Shown here: positions 1 through 13,486 of the stretch, piece by piece
Layout of the letters: every line of letters starts with the position of its first letter
Position numbering within the stretch: position 1 is the stretch's first letter
Source of the DNA: Octopus bimaculoides
Taxonomy: Eukaryota
DNA: 34,634 nt
Assembly: GCF_001194135.2 (NCBI RefSeq)
Contig: NC_068997.1
Span: 3,642,171-3,676,804 of the forward strand
Direction: 5' to 3'
Position numbers and translations under genes: made by a program
Notes under the pieces: model-generated
Told to the model about the DNA's origin: nothing
Database searches by the model: none
What the model saw: the letters and a program-made list of their open reading frames with translations, nothing else

Positions 1-69
1 TTCTTCTTATTATTATTATTGTTAGTTTTATAACTACCCTTATTGCTATTATTCACATTATCAATTTTA

Positions 70-112
<43 letters not shown>

Positions 113-509
113 CGGGCTAGTGAGAAAATATTTAAAAAAGACTCCACATTAATTGCGAATTAGCTAATTTCAAGATTAAAAACTTAAATAGATTTTTTTC
201 CCATCATCAACGCAATAAATGCCAAAATATACGAAGAAATGTTAGTACATACCCATAACAAAGCGAGTTTGCACGTCTATATACAAACACTTGCAAGTAT
301 AGATTCGAAAATGTCAGATTTAAATCTTCTCACAACGACCATAGGTATTTATATTGAAATACGACCGCAGAAAATGCGAGGTTTTTATGAGGAGTAAAAA
401 TATAATACTAATATTTCATTTATCTATTTATATTCATAAAACAAGGATAAAATCACGTTAATGATAATTATCAGGTAGTCAGCATACACATCTTCTGACT
501 AGCTTTCTC

Positions 510-547
<38 letters not shown>

Positions 548-793
548 CACTATTTAAAACAAATTTTATCTTTCAGAAACAAATGCCACTTCCTATTTGG
601 TTAGCTCTAGAGACTATGAATAATGGCTATTATTTACTTCAAACTTTGTTTTTGTAGCCAGGATAAAGATAATTCTTAAGTCTAACTAATACCACTGGGA
701 AAACCTGAAAATTTCAGGTAGGATCAAAACAACATATAATTCAAAAGTGGAATTTATTTATTCTATGATTGCAGAAAAAATACCAACAAATAT

Positions 794-1350
794 TTAGAAG
801 CGAGTAGTTTTCCGTGTTTTACGCTTATACTGTAAATGACTTTCACGAATAAGCGACCAAATATAGTCTCCCATCGTGTTTTCGTTATACGATCCATGCT
901 CACGGCTTTCAAAGTCCATTATATCTTGGTGGAATTGCTCGCCTTGCTCCTCCGGGTACGCTCCCACGTTCTCCTTAAATTTATCACGATGAGCATCAAG
1001 GATGTGCACTTTGAGGGACATCTTGCAGCCCATTTTGCCGTACAATTTCTGCAACGTCTCAACAAGTTCTACATAGTTTACGGCTTTGGGATTTCCCAGG
1101 AACCATCGGACCACTGCAACATAGCTGCTCCGCGCTGATTCCTCCGTTTCAGTGAGCTTCTTGGGGAATTTCTTGCACTCTTCTTTATTTGTGGTCCGAC
1201 GAAGACACTGGCTTTCACTTTTACCTCAGACAGCTTAGTCTTTAAGATATCTGAAGGCGGCAGACTCTAGAGCCGAAACATACTGTCTATAATACCCAAT
1301 TTTATGTGCAGTGGAGGAAACATTACTTTCAGGGGGTCCAACCAGATGTA
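794..1350 (-). mobile_element. Decayed DNA transposase C-terminal part, Chapaev3 (CMC)-type
   Basis: Minus strand reads LDPLKVMFPPLHIKLG (frameshifts) ...FVGPQI...FLGN...MSLKVHILDAH..FKENVGAYPEEQGEQFHQDI, motifs I recognise from Chapaev3 transposases. Confidence 0.8.
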
Positions 1351-1431
1351 TTAGTATAACGCTCGGGAAGTGAAAACGTCTTTAACGTTTCGAGCCTACG
1401 CTCTTCCACAGAAAGGAACATAGAAAGAAAC

Positions 1432-1700
1432 AACCACCGCTTGAGAACCGAAGTTTGTGTGTTTACGTCCCTGTATCTTACTGGTTCGGCAAAAGAGACT
1501 CATAGAATAAGTACCAGAATTTTAAAAAAGTACTGCTGGTGGTTCATGCAACAAAAATTCCTGGAGCTGTTGCTTCAGCATAGCACACAGTCAAATGACT
1601 GAAATAAGTAAAAGATAAGGCCTGCAATTTCGAGAGAGCGTGGTTAGTTGATTACATCGACCTTAGTACCCAACTGGTGCTTATCCTATCGACCCCGAAA

Positions 1701-1701
<1 letters not shown>
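1432..1701. mobile_element. SINE 3' tail (+, ~1432-1618) abutting a SINE fragment on the minus strand (~1620-1701)
   Basis: Shares gtgtttacgtccc...ggttcggcaaaagagac..atagaataagtaccag...gtcaaatgactgaaa..agtaaaaga with 23072-23468; the RC of 1620-1701 matches the core at 33700-33800. Confidence 0.75.
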
Positions 1702-1735
<34 letters not shown>

Positions 1736-1791
1736 NNNNNNNNNNNNNNNNNNNNNNNNNNNNNNNNNNNNNNNNNNNNNNNNNNNNNNNN

Positions 1792-1841
<50 letters not shown>

Positions 1842-2237
1842 ACACACCCATAAGAAAAAGAGGAAAGAAAAGAATCAAAGATTCTCATTAGGCCGGTTTC
1901 CCCAGATTCTGTGGTATGCATATTTCCTTGCATCACCACTGGATGAGAGGCCAGTCCATTGCAGAATTACTTAATTTTATCATGTGATTCGACATGAAAT
2001 GATTCTTCTCACACCACTTTGCATATAGTCATAGACAGCGATTTAGCTTGCATCTGGCTTCGTTTGGGGTATGCGGTATTGACAGGTCACAACAATGACT
2101 AAACATTGATGTCTATGGCTACCGTAACGAGACTTGATGCGAGTTATTTTGCTTATCTATGACTTCCAGGTGTTTTAACACGAGACAGATTGATGACAAT
2201 ATATTCTCTTACACCTGTAAACGCAGCCTGCCCACGA

Positions 2238-2368
2238 AGCGGCAAAACGTCTTGTGTGCGTCTTTGTGTTTGTGTTCTTCCCCATCACTACTTGACGACA
2301 AGTGTTGGTTTCTTCACGATGCCCCAGCATGGCTGCAGTCTAATGAGTGAAACAAGTAAAAGATAAGG
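2238..2368 (+). mobile_element. SINE tail fragment
   Basis: gatgccccagcatggctgcagtctaatgagtgaaacaagtaaaagataag matches the tails at 23420 and 31230. Confidence 0.7.
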
Positions 2369-3734
2369 ACACATGTGTATCTGTATAATTATATTTACAT
2401 ATATGTATATAGGCATACACACATACACACACACACACACATATTGTTTTTAAAATAACATGACGCTTTATTTTCTGTTAATACTGAGAATTTCGTTATC
2501 AGTGATAATACTCGAAAATCTGAGTAATCTTCTCGGGTCTGAAATAAATGCTATAAATAGTTACAATACTTTAGTATTGATTCCTTTTGTTTTATGCCCA
2601 TACATATACAGGTGTCTGTGTGTTCAATGTTACGTACGTGTGTACATGAATGCGAATGCATGCGTGCATGTAACTTTTAAATATATTTTTTTCCTCTTTG
2701 AAATTCACTCAACGAGAGATTACCGATCTCCTGCTTACGAGGCGACTAGTAGCGTATAACTATTTATAGTAAATACAAGCCACCACACACTTAAACCGGA
2801 ATGTCTGATTTGCATAGCAGTGCAAGTAGACACTTCGTTGCTCGCTCGACATGCAAGAAGTAGCAGTTAAATTCTCAAACCAATTACATATGATTTTTAA
2901 GAACCTAGAAGTATTCACACGTGTATTTCTTGAGGTAAAGATCAGATGATTATGATTGTAATTGTTTTAATCATAGACTTTCGCAAAATATATGTGAAGT
3001 GATTTTAGACAACAGCAACAGCAGCAGCAAGAATTAATTATCTGACAGTGTTACTTGTAATAACAGGCACACCTTAAGGTGATCGTGTTGCGATTATCTA
3101 ATCATTTAATACTAGCTAGTTATACGACAGCTGATTAAATATGTAGTTTATCTAATCAAAATTCTTTAGCTTAATTCTATTTGACATATCAAGATTAATG
3201 GGTCTGTTCTCAAAATCAGATAAATTCTACATTATTCAAACTTTTTGTGAGTGCATAATAGGTGGTAATCATCAACTTCCCGACATTGTATTATGTCAAT
3301 TTACTTGTTAATTTCTTTACTAAAAGGACAATCATAACAATATACAAACACGTGATATATTATGTCATATCAGTAATTATAAAAATGACATATAGTAACA
3401 GAAAAAGGGGATAATATCTTAGAGCTGTTTCAGTCCAGAGGTGACAGGTCTCATTCTATCTTTATCACTCGAGTAGACTGGAGTCATTAATAGATGGAAT
3501 AGCTGAAATAGAGGTACATGGACAATTCTCTAGGCCTCTTCAGAGATTATAAAATTCATAAGGTTAAGTTATAAATATACCCGCACCCATTTATTGCACT
3601 TGGTAATATAATTGCACTTGGCAATATAAAAAGCACTAGTGTAATAATAATTGGGTATTCTTCCAGCAGTATATTAGATAGATATTATCCCATAGTGGGT
3701 TGGATTCAGAACTCCTAACTTTCTTGCATATATA

Positions 3735-4268
3735 NNNNNNNNNNNNNNNNNNNNNNNNNNNNNNNNNNNNNNNNNNNNNNNNNNNNNNNNNNNNNNNNNN
3801 NNNNNNNNNNNNNNNNNNNNNNNNNNNNNNNNNNNNNNNNNNNNNNNNNNNNNNNNNNNNNNNNNNNNNNNNNNNNNNNNNNNNNNNNNNNNNNNNNNNN
3901 NNNNNNNNNNNNNNNNNNNNNNNNNNNNNNNNNNNNNNNNNNNNNNNNNNNNNNNNNNNNNNNNNNNNNNNNNNNNNNNNNNNNNNNNNNNNNNNNNNNN
4001 NNNNNNNNNNNNNNNNNNNNNNNNNNNNNNNNNNNNNNNNNNNNNNNNNNNNNNNNNNNNNNNNNNNNNNNNNNNNNNNNNNNNNNNNNNNNNNNNNNNN
4101 NNNNNNNNNNNNNNNNNNNNNNNNNNNNNNNNNNNNNNNNNNNNNNNNNNNNNNNNNNNNNNNNNNNNNNNNNNNNNNNNNNNNNNNNNNNNNNNNNNNN
4201 NNNNNNNNNNNNNNNNNNNNNNNNNNNNNNNNNNNNNNNNNNNNNNNNNNNNNNNNNNNNNNNNNNNN
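3735..4268. other. Scaffold gap (others: 1736-1791, 5634-6048, 12598-12859, 16295-16970, 24868-25401, 27254-27557)
   Basis: Runs of N, most bordered by microsatellites. Confidence 0.99.
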
Positions 4269-4419
4269 TATATATATATATATATATATATGTGTGTATG
4301 TATATATGTGTTTGTAAGAATGTGTGTGCGCACACGCTCACACTCTTTGGATGATGTAATATCTGATAACAGCTGAGTACCGTGCGTGTGTGCTGAAGTC
4401 GGGTCTTTACTCATATGAG

Positions 4420-4730
4420 ACATGAACGTTTTGCATCTACCACCTAAGGGCTGTTGAACGCTTCAGTCAGGGATATCTGCGACACATTCTGATTGTTGGT
4501 TGGTCCTTGTAGACTCCAAGTACAGATGTCTGGAGGGGAGCTGACGTCCTGGGCATTGAGACGATGGTACATAAGCACCAATTATGCTGGACTAGACGCC
4601 ATGTTTGGACGCATCTCCAGTTTCAGGAATATGGGAAGTTTTGTCTGTAGTATCTGCAAACGTGTATGCTCACCAAAACCTGAACAGAGTTACATGTGTA
4701 GAGTAGAAATTTCCAGTCATTTTTTTAATG
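4420..4730 (+). mobile_element. Possible degenerate RTE-type LINE 3' end
   Basis: FVCSICKRVCS resembles the C-terminal CxxCxRxC knuckle of RTE/BovB ORFs; heavily decayed. Confidence 0.35.
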
Positions 4731-4971
4731 ATAGTAACGGTCTTCCTCGGCCGTGAGTAGACAGCTATCACACACATACACACACATACACACACACACA
4801 CACACACACCACACACACACCACACACACACACACACACGCTCATACAAACACTCACATGCACATACACACACGCACGGACACACACGCACACACACACA
4901 CACACATACACTCACGTTTTATTTCAAGATATCTTGCCAATAGAGGAGAGCTGTGTATGTATGTATGTTTG

Positions 4972-5029
<58 letters not shown>

Positions 5030-5090
5030 CGTATGTATGCATGTATATTATACCTATGTATATTATATATATATATTGTTCTTTTTTCAG

Positions 5091-5157
5091 TTAATGTTGG
5101 TTGTCGATGTGGTACTTCCAGAGATTGTGTGGAAGAAAACGGAATTGCTGTATGCAG
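5091..5157 (+). CDS. Exon: Cys module 1 ([23 protein letters not shown])
   Basis: ttgttcttttttcag|TT...TGCAG|gtaaat; 67 nt, phase 1-2; 4 Cys; paralogous to 18630-18693. Confidence 0.85.
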
Positions 5158-6885
5158 GTAAATATAGAATACTATCGTCATTTTTGTTATTGTTTTCATC
5201 ATTCTTTTTCATTTTTATCTACTTTTCTTTCTCTTCTGTCTTTACCATCTTGTTTAACACCAGCTCAACACTAGTAGAACAGATCTCGTGCCAAAGTCTT
5301 TGGCATTACAGACTTATTTTCACTCATAGCTTTTCTCTGACTGCTTTATTTGATGTGTTCTCCCTGTTTCTGTATGCAATTATTTAAACACAAGCCAGCA
5401 CTGAATCAGCAGGATTAGCATTAATGACGTGCTAGTCATGGCCATCTCCCCTTTTCTGACAAATGTATCATTCTCTTTCTCTCTTTCTCTCTTTCTCTCT
5501 CTTTCTCTCTGTCTGGCTATCTATCTATCTATCTATCTATCTCGTTATTTACCTTCGTATCTATCTATCAAAAATATACAATTACATGGATGCATACATA
5601 TATCTGTGTTTATATATGTATATATATATATATNNNNNNNNNNNNNNNNNNNNNNNNNNNNNNNNNNNNNNNNNNNNNNNNNNNNNNNNNNNNNNNNNNN
5701 NNNNNNNNNNNNNNNNNNNNNNNNNNNNNNNNNNNNNNNNNNNNNNNNNNNNNNNNNNNNNNNNNNNNNNNNNNNNNNNNNNNNNNNNNNNNNNNNNNNN
5801 NNNNNNNNNNNNNNNNNNNNNNNNNNNNNNNNNNNNNNNNNNNNNNNNNNNNNNNNNNNNNNNNNNNNNNNNNNNNNNNNNNNNNNNNNNNNNNNNNNNN
5901 NNNNNNNNNNNNNNNNNNNNNNNNNNNNNNNNNNNNNNNNNNNNNNNNNNNNNNNNNNNNNNNNNNNNNNNNNNNNNNNNNNNNNNNNNNNNNNNNNNNN
6001 NNNNNNNNNNNNNNNNNNNNNNNNNNNNNNNNNNNNNNNNNNNNNNNNGTACGGTAAACAAGTAATACTTTAGAAGATATGAGAAATTTTTAAGCAATCC
6101 TTCTCAGAATAATCTTTCAACTGTAAAATGTATACAATATATTAAAGTGGCCCTATATTCCCCTCTTTCTTCTTCTTCTTCTTCTTCTTCTTCTTCTTCT
6201 TCTTCTTCTTCTTCTTCTTCTTCTTCTTCTTCTTCTTCTTCTTCTTCTTCTTCTTCTTCTCTCTCCCTTTTCCCCCCTTTCTTTCTCTCTCATTCGTTAT
6301 GCCTCTCCGTCTACTCTGTTCTTCCAACCACAAATTTCCTCCTTACATTTGACATGAATGTGTGCATTCTGATATATTGATGTGAAATTCAAAATATGCG
6401 TGAAAACAGGAATGTATGAATGAATATAAGCATACTCATTTTTGTATCATACTTAACGTATAATATACACTGTTAAAGACAAGCTACTACGGGTTTCGTT
6501 CAAGATAACAACTCTTCTGAACGTGCTGTGTTTAAAAACACAACATATATCGTATGCGGACGAGTCCATGTCTCAGGTTTTGTGAAAGCATGTTTTCAGG
6601 AGAAGAGTCTACCGTATCTACATCTAGACCGGTGGTATACCTTGGTATACGATCTAGGAACAGCAACCCTAGGCAAAACACACCGATATAATAAGGCTCA
6701 GACTATTTTCTACTATTTTTAGTTCAGCACACCGAGTGACAGTGTAACCTTCATTTCATTAAGGTTATCTCAGCTTGATGATAAGCTACATAAGTATTAC
6801 ATCATCAGGTTCAGCTAGCTAAGAAACGTATGGAGCGTGCATTTTACCTGTTACAATCCCTCAATTTGGACATGTATATAAATAA

Positions 6886-6965
<80 letters not shown>

Positions 6966-7205
6966 TGTGTGTATATATATACATATATATATATATTTGT
7001 GTCTATATATTTGTGTGTATATTTATGTGTGTATGTATATATATGTATATATGTCTGTATATAAATATGTGTATATATGTGTGTGCATATATATATATGC
7101 ATACATGTTTATATACGTATATATATATACATACACAATCATACATAGAAGACAGAAGAGGAAAAGAATACGTGACCGCGAGACAGAGAAAGAAGAGCGA
7201 GAGCT

Positions 7206-7241
<36 letters not shown>

Positions 7242-7522
7242 AGGGAACGACAGCAAGAAAGAGTGATAGTGGGAGATAATAAAGTGGGAAAAGAATGCCT
7301 GCGTACAATAAATGCCAAGTTTCTCGATTGTATATGTTAGCGAAAAAAAAACAGTTTAAAGTTTATGAATATGTAACAATAGGCAAATTAGTGGACAGGC
7401 TATTATCATGAACTGAATGCAATTAAATATGCTCAAACATGCATACATACCTATTTACATACCTACCTACATACGTACAAATAGGCAGACAAGACAGACA
7501 CACACATACATATACACATATG

Positions 7523-7561
<39 letters not shown>

Positions 7562-9772
7562 ATGGATGTATATACACGCGCATGCATACACGCAAAGATT
7601 TATGTGCGTGTATGTGTATGTAGGTTAGTATTTTATATATGTATGTGTATGTGTGTATGTGTCTGTGTCTGCCTATGTTTGTATGTGTGCACGCACATAT
7701 GTATGTATGTGAGTGAAAGGGTCTTTAGTTCAAGACAAGGCAGCTATTGGTGATTGCGACTACTTGAACTGGCTGGCACATGCAAGGATATGCAAGTATT
7801 GGGAGTACGCTTGTGCGTGTGTTTCATTACTGTTTCTGTGCTTGCATATGCTTTCCATACCTGGGACATTAAATGGAAAATCTCTGAAATTTCTTGTTTA
7901 AATTTTCATTATTCGTCTAATCGAATGGGTCTGAAAAATATGTATATGTATTTTCTCTGCAGATATGTTGTTGCGTAACATATTTGCTCCGAAAATAGCT
8001 GGAATAAACGAAAATTTATAGCCTTGATATATGAGTTGTATTTTCATCATCAGATCTCTATTGATGTTCTCTGTTTCCCCGACTTTTGAGGAGTCATTCT
8101 AACCCGCTGGGCAACAGATAGCCACAATGGTGCTCAACACTTGTTCCATGTGCTATACAACTATATCTGGCCAAATGTATTTATTGCGGGTTGCTGTTCT
8201 TACTGAAATATTCGACCAATATTGTTTAATTTAAAAAATGTGGATACTCTTTGGTTCTGGTGTGCCTTTGGTATGGCCGTCAGGACAGTTCTTTCTGCGT
8301 ATGACATTGTCGACTGTCTTGGCAAGTGTTTCATGTGCCATACGAAGTTACTATCTTTTAGGATACTACGGACTGTTACTAATGATAAGAGTGATATCTT
8401 CCATGCTGATATGGCACGTTCGACACTTTCGAAACATTCTCAATTCCTTTCTTGACTAGATATTTGGCAGCTGTCTCCTGTTCATGGATAGCACAGACAT
8501 AGCTTTCTAGGTGAAATGTAATGTACTTCTCACAGGAGAGGCTACAATTCCTGTAGATGCTCTTGTTGCCTCTAGCTCGCAGGTTATGTATTCATGCATC
8601 ACTTTCATCTGGCGTAATGTGTATTTCACTTCTAAGTCTCTAAATAAGTCATTCCAGCCACACTTGGTTCACGTGGACGAAACGTAAGCTTAGAATACTT
8701 GTCCAAGAGTTATTCGTCTAATCTCTACTGTTGAGGATACATGTGATGTAGTCATTTCTCTTTTTACTATTTAGTAGACGTTGTCGAAGTGAAATTATGT
8801 AGCACTCAAAGACATCTGGATTGACGTTATGCCTCAACATCCACCCCTTAGTATAACATAGATCTTCTCAATGGCATTTCTACAGTTACCAGTCACTGTT
8901 ACCATCTTCCCTGTCCTGATGTCCAAGTTGCGAACTTCTTCAAGTGTCCAGTCTAATATCCGAAATATTGGTACTAGTGCTGGCATTGCGGAAGAATATT
9001 GGAATATGGTTTTATAGAATGTAGACAGCCCTGTATCTTCCGATGTCTTCTGGAGTATATTTTCGTAATTCTACCTAATATGTATGTATGCATCTATGTA
9101 TGTATGAATGTTATGTACGCAGCAACAGACAGAGAAACAACAGCCAAGGAGATGGCTTTTAATATTCTGTTGATGTTGGAACATCCATTTTAGTGGTAAC
9201 GCACCGCTATAACCAATATTCTCACATTTCTTGCAAAATCAATCTACCAATATCTTGTAAAGTACCTTTCATACAATAACTTTTAACAGTACCTTGTCAC
9301 ACTCACTTGTAATAATACTGTCTTGTGGCGCTGTCTTGCAGCTTAATCGTGTTACACAGTCTTGAAACGTTATAGCTTGATGTACTGAATCATTATTGTA
9401 ACATTGTCTTGCAACTGTACCTTGTAACAAACATTTTATAACAAATCAATGTAACAAGAATATGTCACAATGACTGGTAATACAGAAAATATGTAAAATA
9501 TACAAAAAGTAACCTTTATGAAAATAAACTTTTATTTTCAGAACAATTGAATCTAATACAACTGAAACAGTTGGTAGCACACATCCAGTCCAAAATGCAA
9601 GCCATGTCGTAGACACTACATCCACTGTCAAGACATCAACTTTGAGAAGTTCCCTGAAAACAAAAACAGATGAAACAGCAATGACAACAGTAAGAACATC
9701 AACAACACCAACAACAGTAACAACAAAAACAACAGCGTCAGACGCTAGAGCAACAAGGATTCCAAGAACAAC

Positions 9773-9848
<76 letters not shown>

Positions 9849-11828
9849 CCATCACCATTGATATCGACGTCGTCGTCATCAATAACAACAACATCGTCTT
9901 CCTCATCATCAGCAACGGATGCAACACGCATATCAAGTCTAGATAGTATGTAGATGTTTTTAAAATATTTTAACCATCATATTCCTATCATTGTATATAT
10001 ATCTAAAAATAAGGTTATATAAATTGTATTAAAAAATATTCGAATTATTTATTTAAGAATAAATAAATTAATATAATAAATATAATAAATACATTAAATA
10101 TAATTATGTAGAAATCGTCTAAATTAAATACGATTAATTATTTTAAAGAATCTTAATGATCCTTGTTTATGATTATTTAAAAACTAGATACAATGTACTG
10201 ATTAAGAAAATTACATTTAAGCAATTCAATTTTCTATACCTAAAATATATATGTTTGATAGAACAAACAGGAAAAATATGACTCAATACAGGAGGGTATA
10301 TACATTTTATTATTTTTAATCGGCAGAAAGTTGTAAATGGCACTCAAGTGCGGGAAGTTTCGTGCTTTGATTTTATAAGTCTATACTTGAAACTTTCAGC
10401 CTTTGAGTCACTTTTGTATCATTCTGCCGATCGGAAATAATTAAAAAAAAGTAAATTAGATATATCTAAATGTTTATAAATTTCAAAAATATTTAAATAT
10501 TTATATATTTCAAAAAATATTTAAATGTTTATAAATTTCAAATATATATAAATGTTTATAAATCTCGATGTTTATAAATTAAAGCAATTTCATTTCCAAT
10601 GTTTTTAAAGTATAGAAAAATTTGTGGAGCAGAGAGTAGCTGACTAGTATTTTATTTTATCGATCTTGAGACAATGAAAGATAAAGTTAATCTCGGTAGG
10701 TTTGGAACGCAGAGACTTGTTACTTTTACTTTGTCTTAGAGTGAACATCAAGTTGCTTAGAGTAGCGTAGAAAAAGGCGTGAGTAGTAAGTTGGATCATT
10801 GGGTTTAACTGACAAACTAGTGACTGACAAATCCACCTCGAGGAAGGCAAGGAAAAGCAACATTTATGTATTCTCATGCAAGTCCTGGGAGTCAGTAACC
10901 AGAGATTTTTCGCCGATCTAAAGCCGCAAAGGCATTCTATCATTTCGAATGTTTTTTTAGAGAATTGTCTGAAGGAAGAGGTTGTATATAAGACTGATGA
11001 GATCGATGTGGTTTATGCTTAATCTGAACATCTATAAATTAATGTCTGCATCAGAGACGTGGGCACTTAGAGAATACCATAGGGTTGACGTTCTAGTGAA
11101 AAGAAGTTGCGTACAGTTGTTAAAGAAGGTACACGAAGGTGAGGCTGGGTAGGGATGACAACAGAAGAGATATGTGTACCATGTAGATTTGGATTAAGGC
11201 GATACGAAACTAAATAATTAAGGTGAAGTGTTTTGTATGAAACACAGCATGGCTGAATGCCGGAAAGTTTTGCGAAGGTGTTTTTACCAGATATTTCGAC
11301 GCCCCCAATTTAGGATGTTTCAAGAAATATAGCATACTTATAATTAGACTTACTTCCTGTAGAAATTTAAAACCATCTTTAAGAGATGGATGAGAAAATA
11401 TCATTCAGCCTTATTTTCTTTCTAGGTAGAGTTTTCATTCTTTATAACTGTTATATCATCGGCTCTTCAACTGAACTTAACCTCATTTCGGGAACTTAGC
11501 GGAAAATTTGTTAAATCTTTTGTACTGTCATTATGTCCAGTGGTAAATTACACTCCCCTTCTGTTGACTTCCCCTTCCTAACTTAGTTCCAAAATGTGAA
11601 AACATTATCTTTCATTAACATTTTGAATAAAGTTTTATAGTCAAATTTTCATCAAAATGTATTTCTTATGCTTTATTTTATATCCAATCAGATAAGTCTA
11701 TCTCGGTGACAATCAGCTTTCAAGATATTATCCCGAAGTTGCTTCAAAAGGTAGTAAGTTCTTCCGTTTCTAAACTAAATTCTTTTCTTGGTATTCAAAA
11801 TTTAAAAAGAAAAACGTTCTTTTAATGA

Positions 11829-11900
<72 letters not shown>

Positions 11901-12454
11901 ATGCATGTGTGTGTGTCTGTGTTTGCGTTTGTGTACACACACATACAATATGTGTGTTTATGTGTATAAAGTATGTATATACGATTATTACATCGTATAT
12001 ATGAAACGCACGTGATATAAATAGACGCAAACACACATATATATGATATTAGATTTATATGTATATTTATATGCGAGTGTGTGTATACTTATATACATAG
12101 GCACATCTATCCATCCATCAATAGCTACATACATGCAGACATACACACATACATACATACATACATACATACATACATACATACATAAATACATACATAC
12201 ATACATATATGCACACATGCTTGCATAGATATATATAGTCCATCCTATTTCAAGTAATAGCGTGATATTTACTGTCTGAGAGAAGTCAATGAACGCTACG
12301 CATGATTAAGCTTGTGTGTTGCAGACAAGAAAAAAAAGTGTAGTATTTTGTTTTGAAAGACAGTCTCCCAAATATAGAATGTTATGCAACAGAAGAATGG
12401 GCAGAATACGTATGCATACTTATTACCCTAGTTATATATGTTTCTAGTTCAGAG

Positions 12455-12487
<33 letters not shown>

Positions 12488-12551
12488 GTGTGTTTGTGTG
12501 CATGTATGTGTCTCTGCGAGTGTGTGTATGTCTGTGTGTGTGTGTTTGTGG

Positions 12552-12597
<46 letters not shown>

Positions 12598-13455
12598 NNN
12601 NNNNNNNNNNNNNNNNNNNNNNNNNNNNNNNNNNNNNNNNNNNNNNNNNNNNNNNNNNNNNNNNNNNNNNNNNNNNNNNNNNNNNNNNNNNNNNNNNNNN
12701 NNNNNNNNNNNNNNNNNNNNNNNNNNNNNNNNNNNNNNNNNNNNNNNNNNNNNNNNNNNNNNNNNNNNNNNNNNNNNNNNNNNNNNNNNNNNNNNNNNNN
12801 NNNNNNNNNNNNNNNNNNNNNNNNNNNNNNNNNNNNNNNNNNNNNNNNNNNNNNNNNNNTATATATACATATATATATATGCATGTCTATATATATAATA
12901 ATGATGACAGTATTAGGGATGAAAATCCAAATTTACAGGGAAAAATTCAATTTAATTTAAATTATCAAAATTAAAATTAAATTAAATTTCACAATATATA
13001 ATATATAAATATATAATTTAGAGAGAAAAAAAACAGAATTATTGAATTCATCCATGAAAATCCACAATCACATGTAGAAAAATTTGATAAGTAAATACAC
13101 TAAAAAGACCTATAATAAAAATCAAAACAGTACAAAGTAATAAATATTATTTTATTTTAACATATATTATTTTATTATCTTAATATTTATTATTTCGACT
13201 TTTTTGATTTTTATTATAGGTCTTTTTAGTGTCTTTACTTATTAAATTTTTCTATAGGCGCTTCATTCAGTATATGTGTGTGTACATACACAGTCAAAGA
13301 TCGGTTGTATGTCTAAGGCTCTCATTACAACTAAGAGGGAGAACCAAACAATATGTTGTGTAATGGTATCGTTTGTAGGGAAACTTTGTGTGAATCATTT
13401 ATTGAAATGTGTTACAGATCCCTAGCTGCCTATTCATATATGCGTCTGTAAATCC

Positions 13456-13486
<31 letters not shown>

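Noticed and set aside
4735-4752. 18-nt microexon (tag|...|gtgagt) upstream of the first Cys exon
   Set aside because: It sits at the end of a probable RTE remnant next to a CA repeat, the peptide is uninformative and there is no independent support.
6142-6380. Poly-Lys / poly-Ser ORFs
   Set aside because: These are the (TTC)n microsatellite, with no splice or phase support.
9446-9931. 161-aa minus-strand ORF with poly-Asp and Val-rich segment
   Set aside because: It is the antisense shadow of the S/T-rich mucin exon and its TCA repeat.
10319-10431. 10-bp inverted repeat atcggcagaa / ttctgccgat
   Set aside because: Too short, with no TSD or extension; could be chance or a very old MITE.
11426-11540. 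Open frame [31 protein letters not shown] with a SEA-like look after a good acceptor
   Set aside because: It starts in phase 0 while the preceding mucin exon ends in phase 1, and it lies upstream of the phase-0 donor at 11751, so it cannot be chained.
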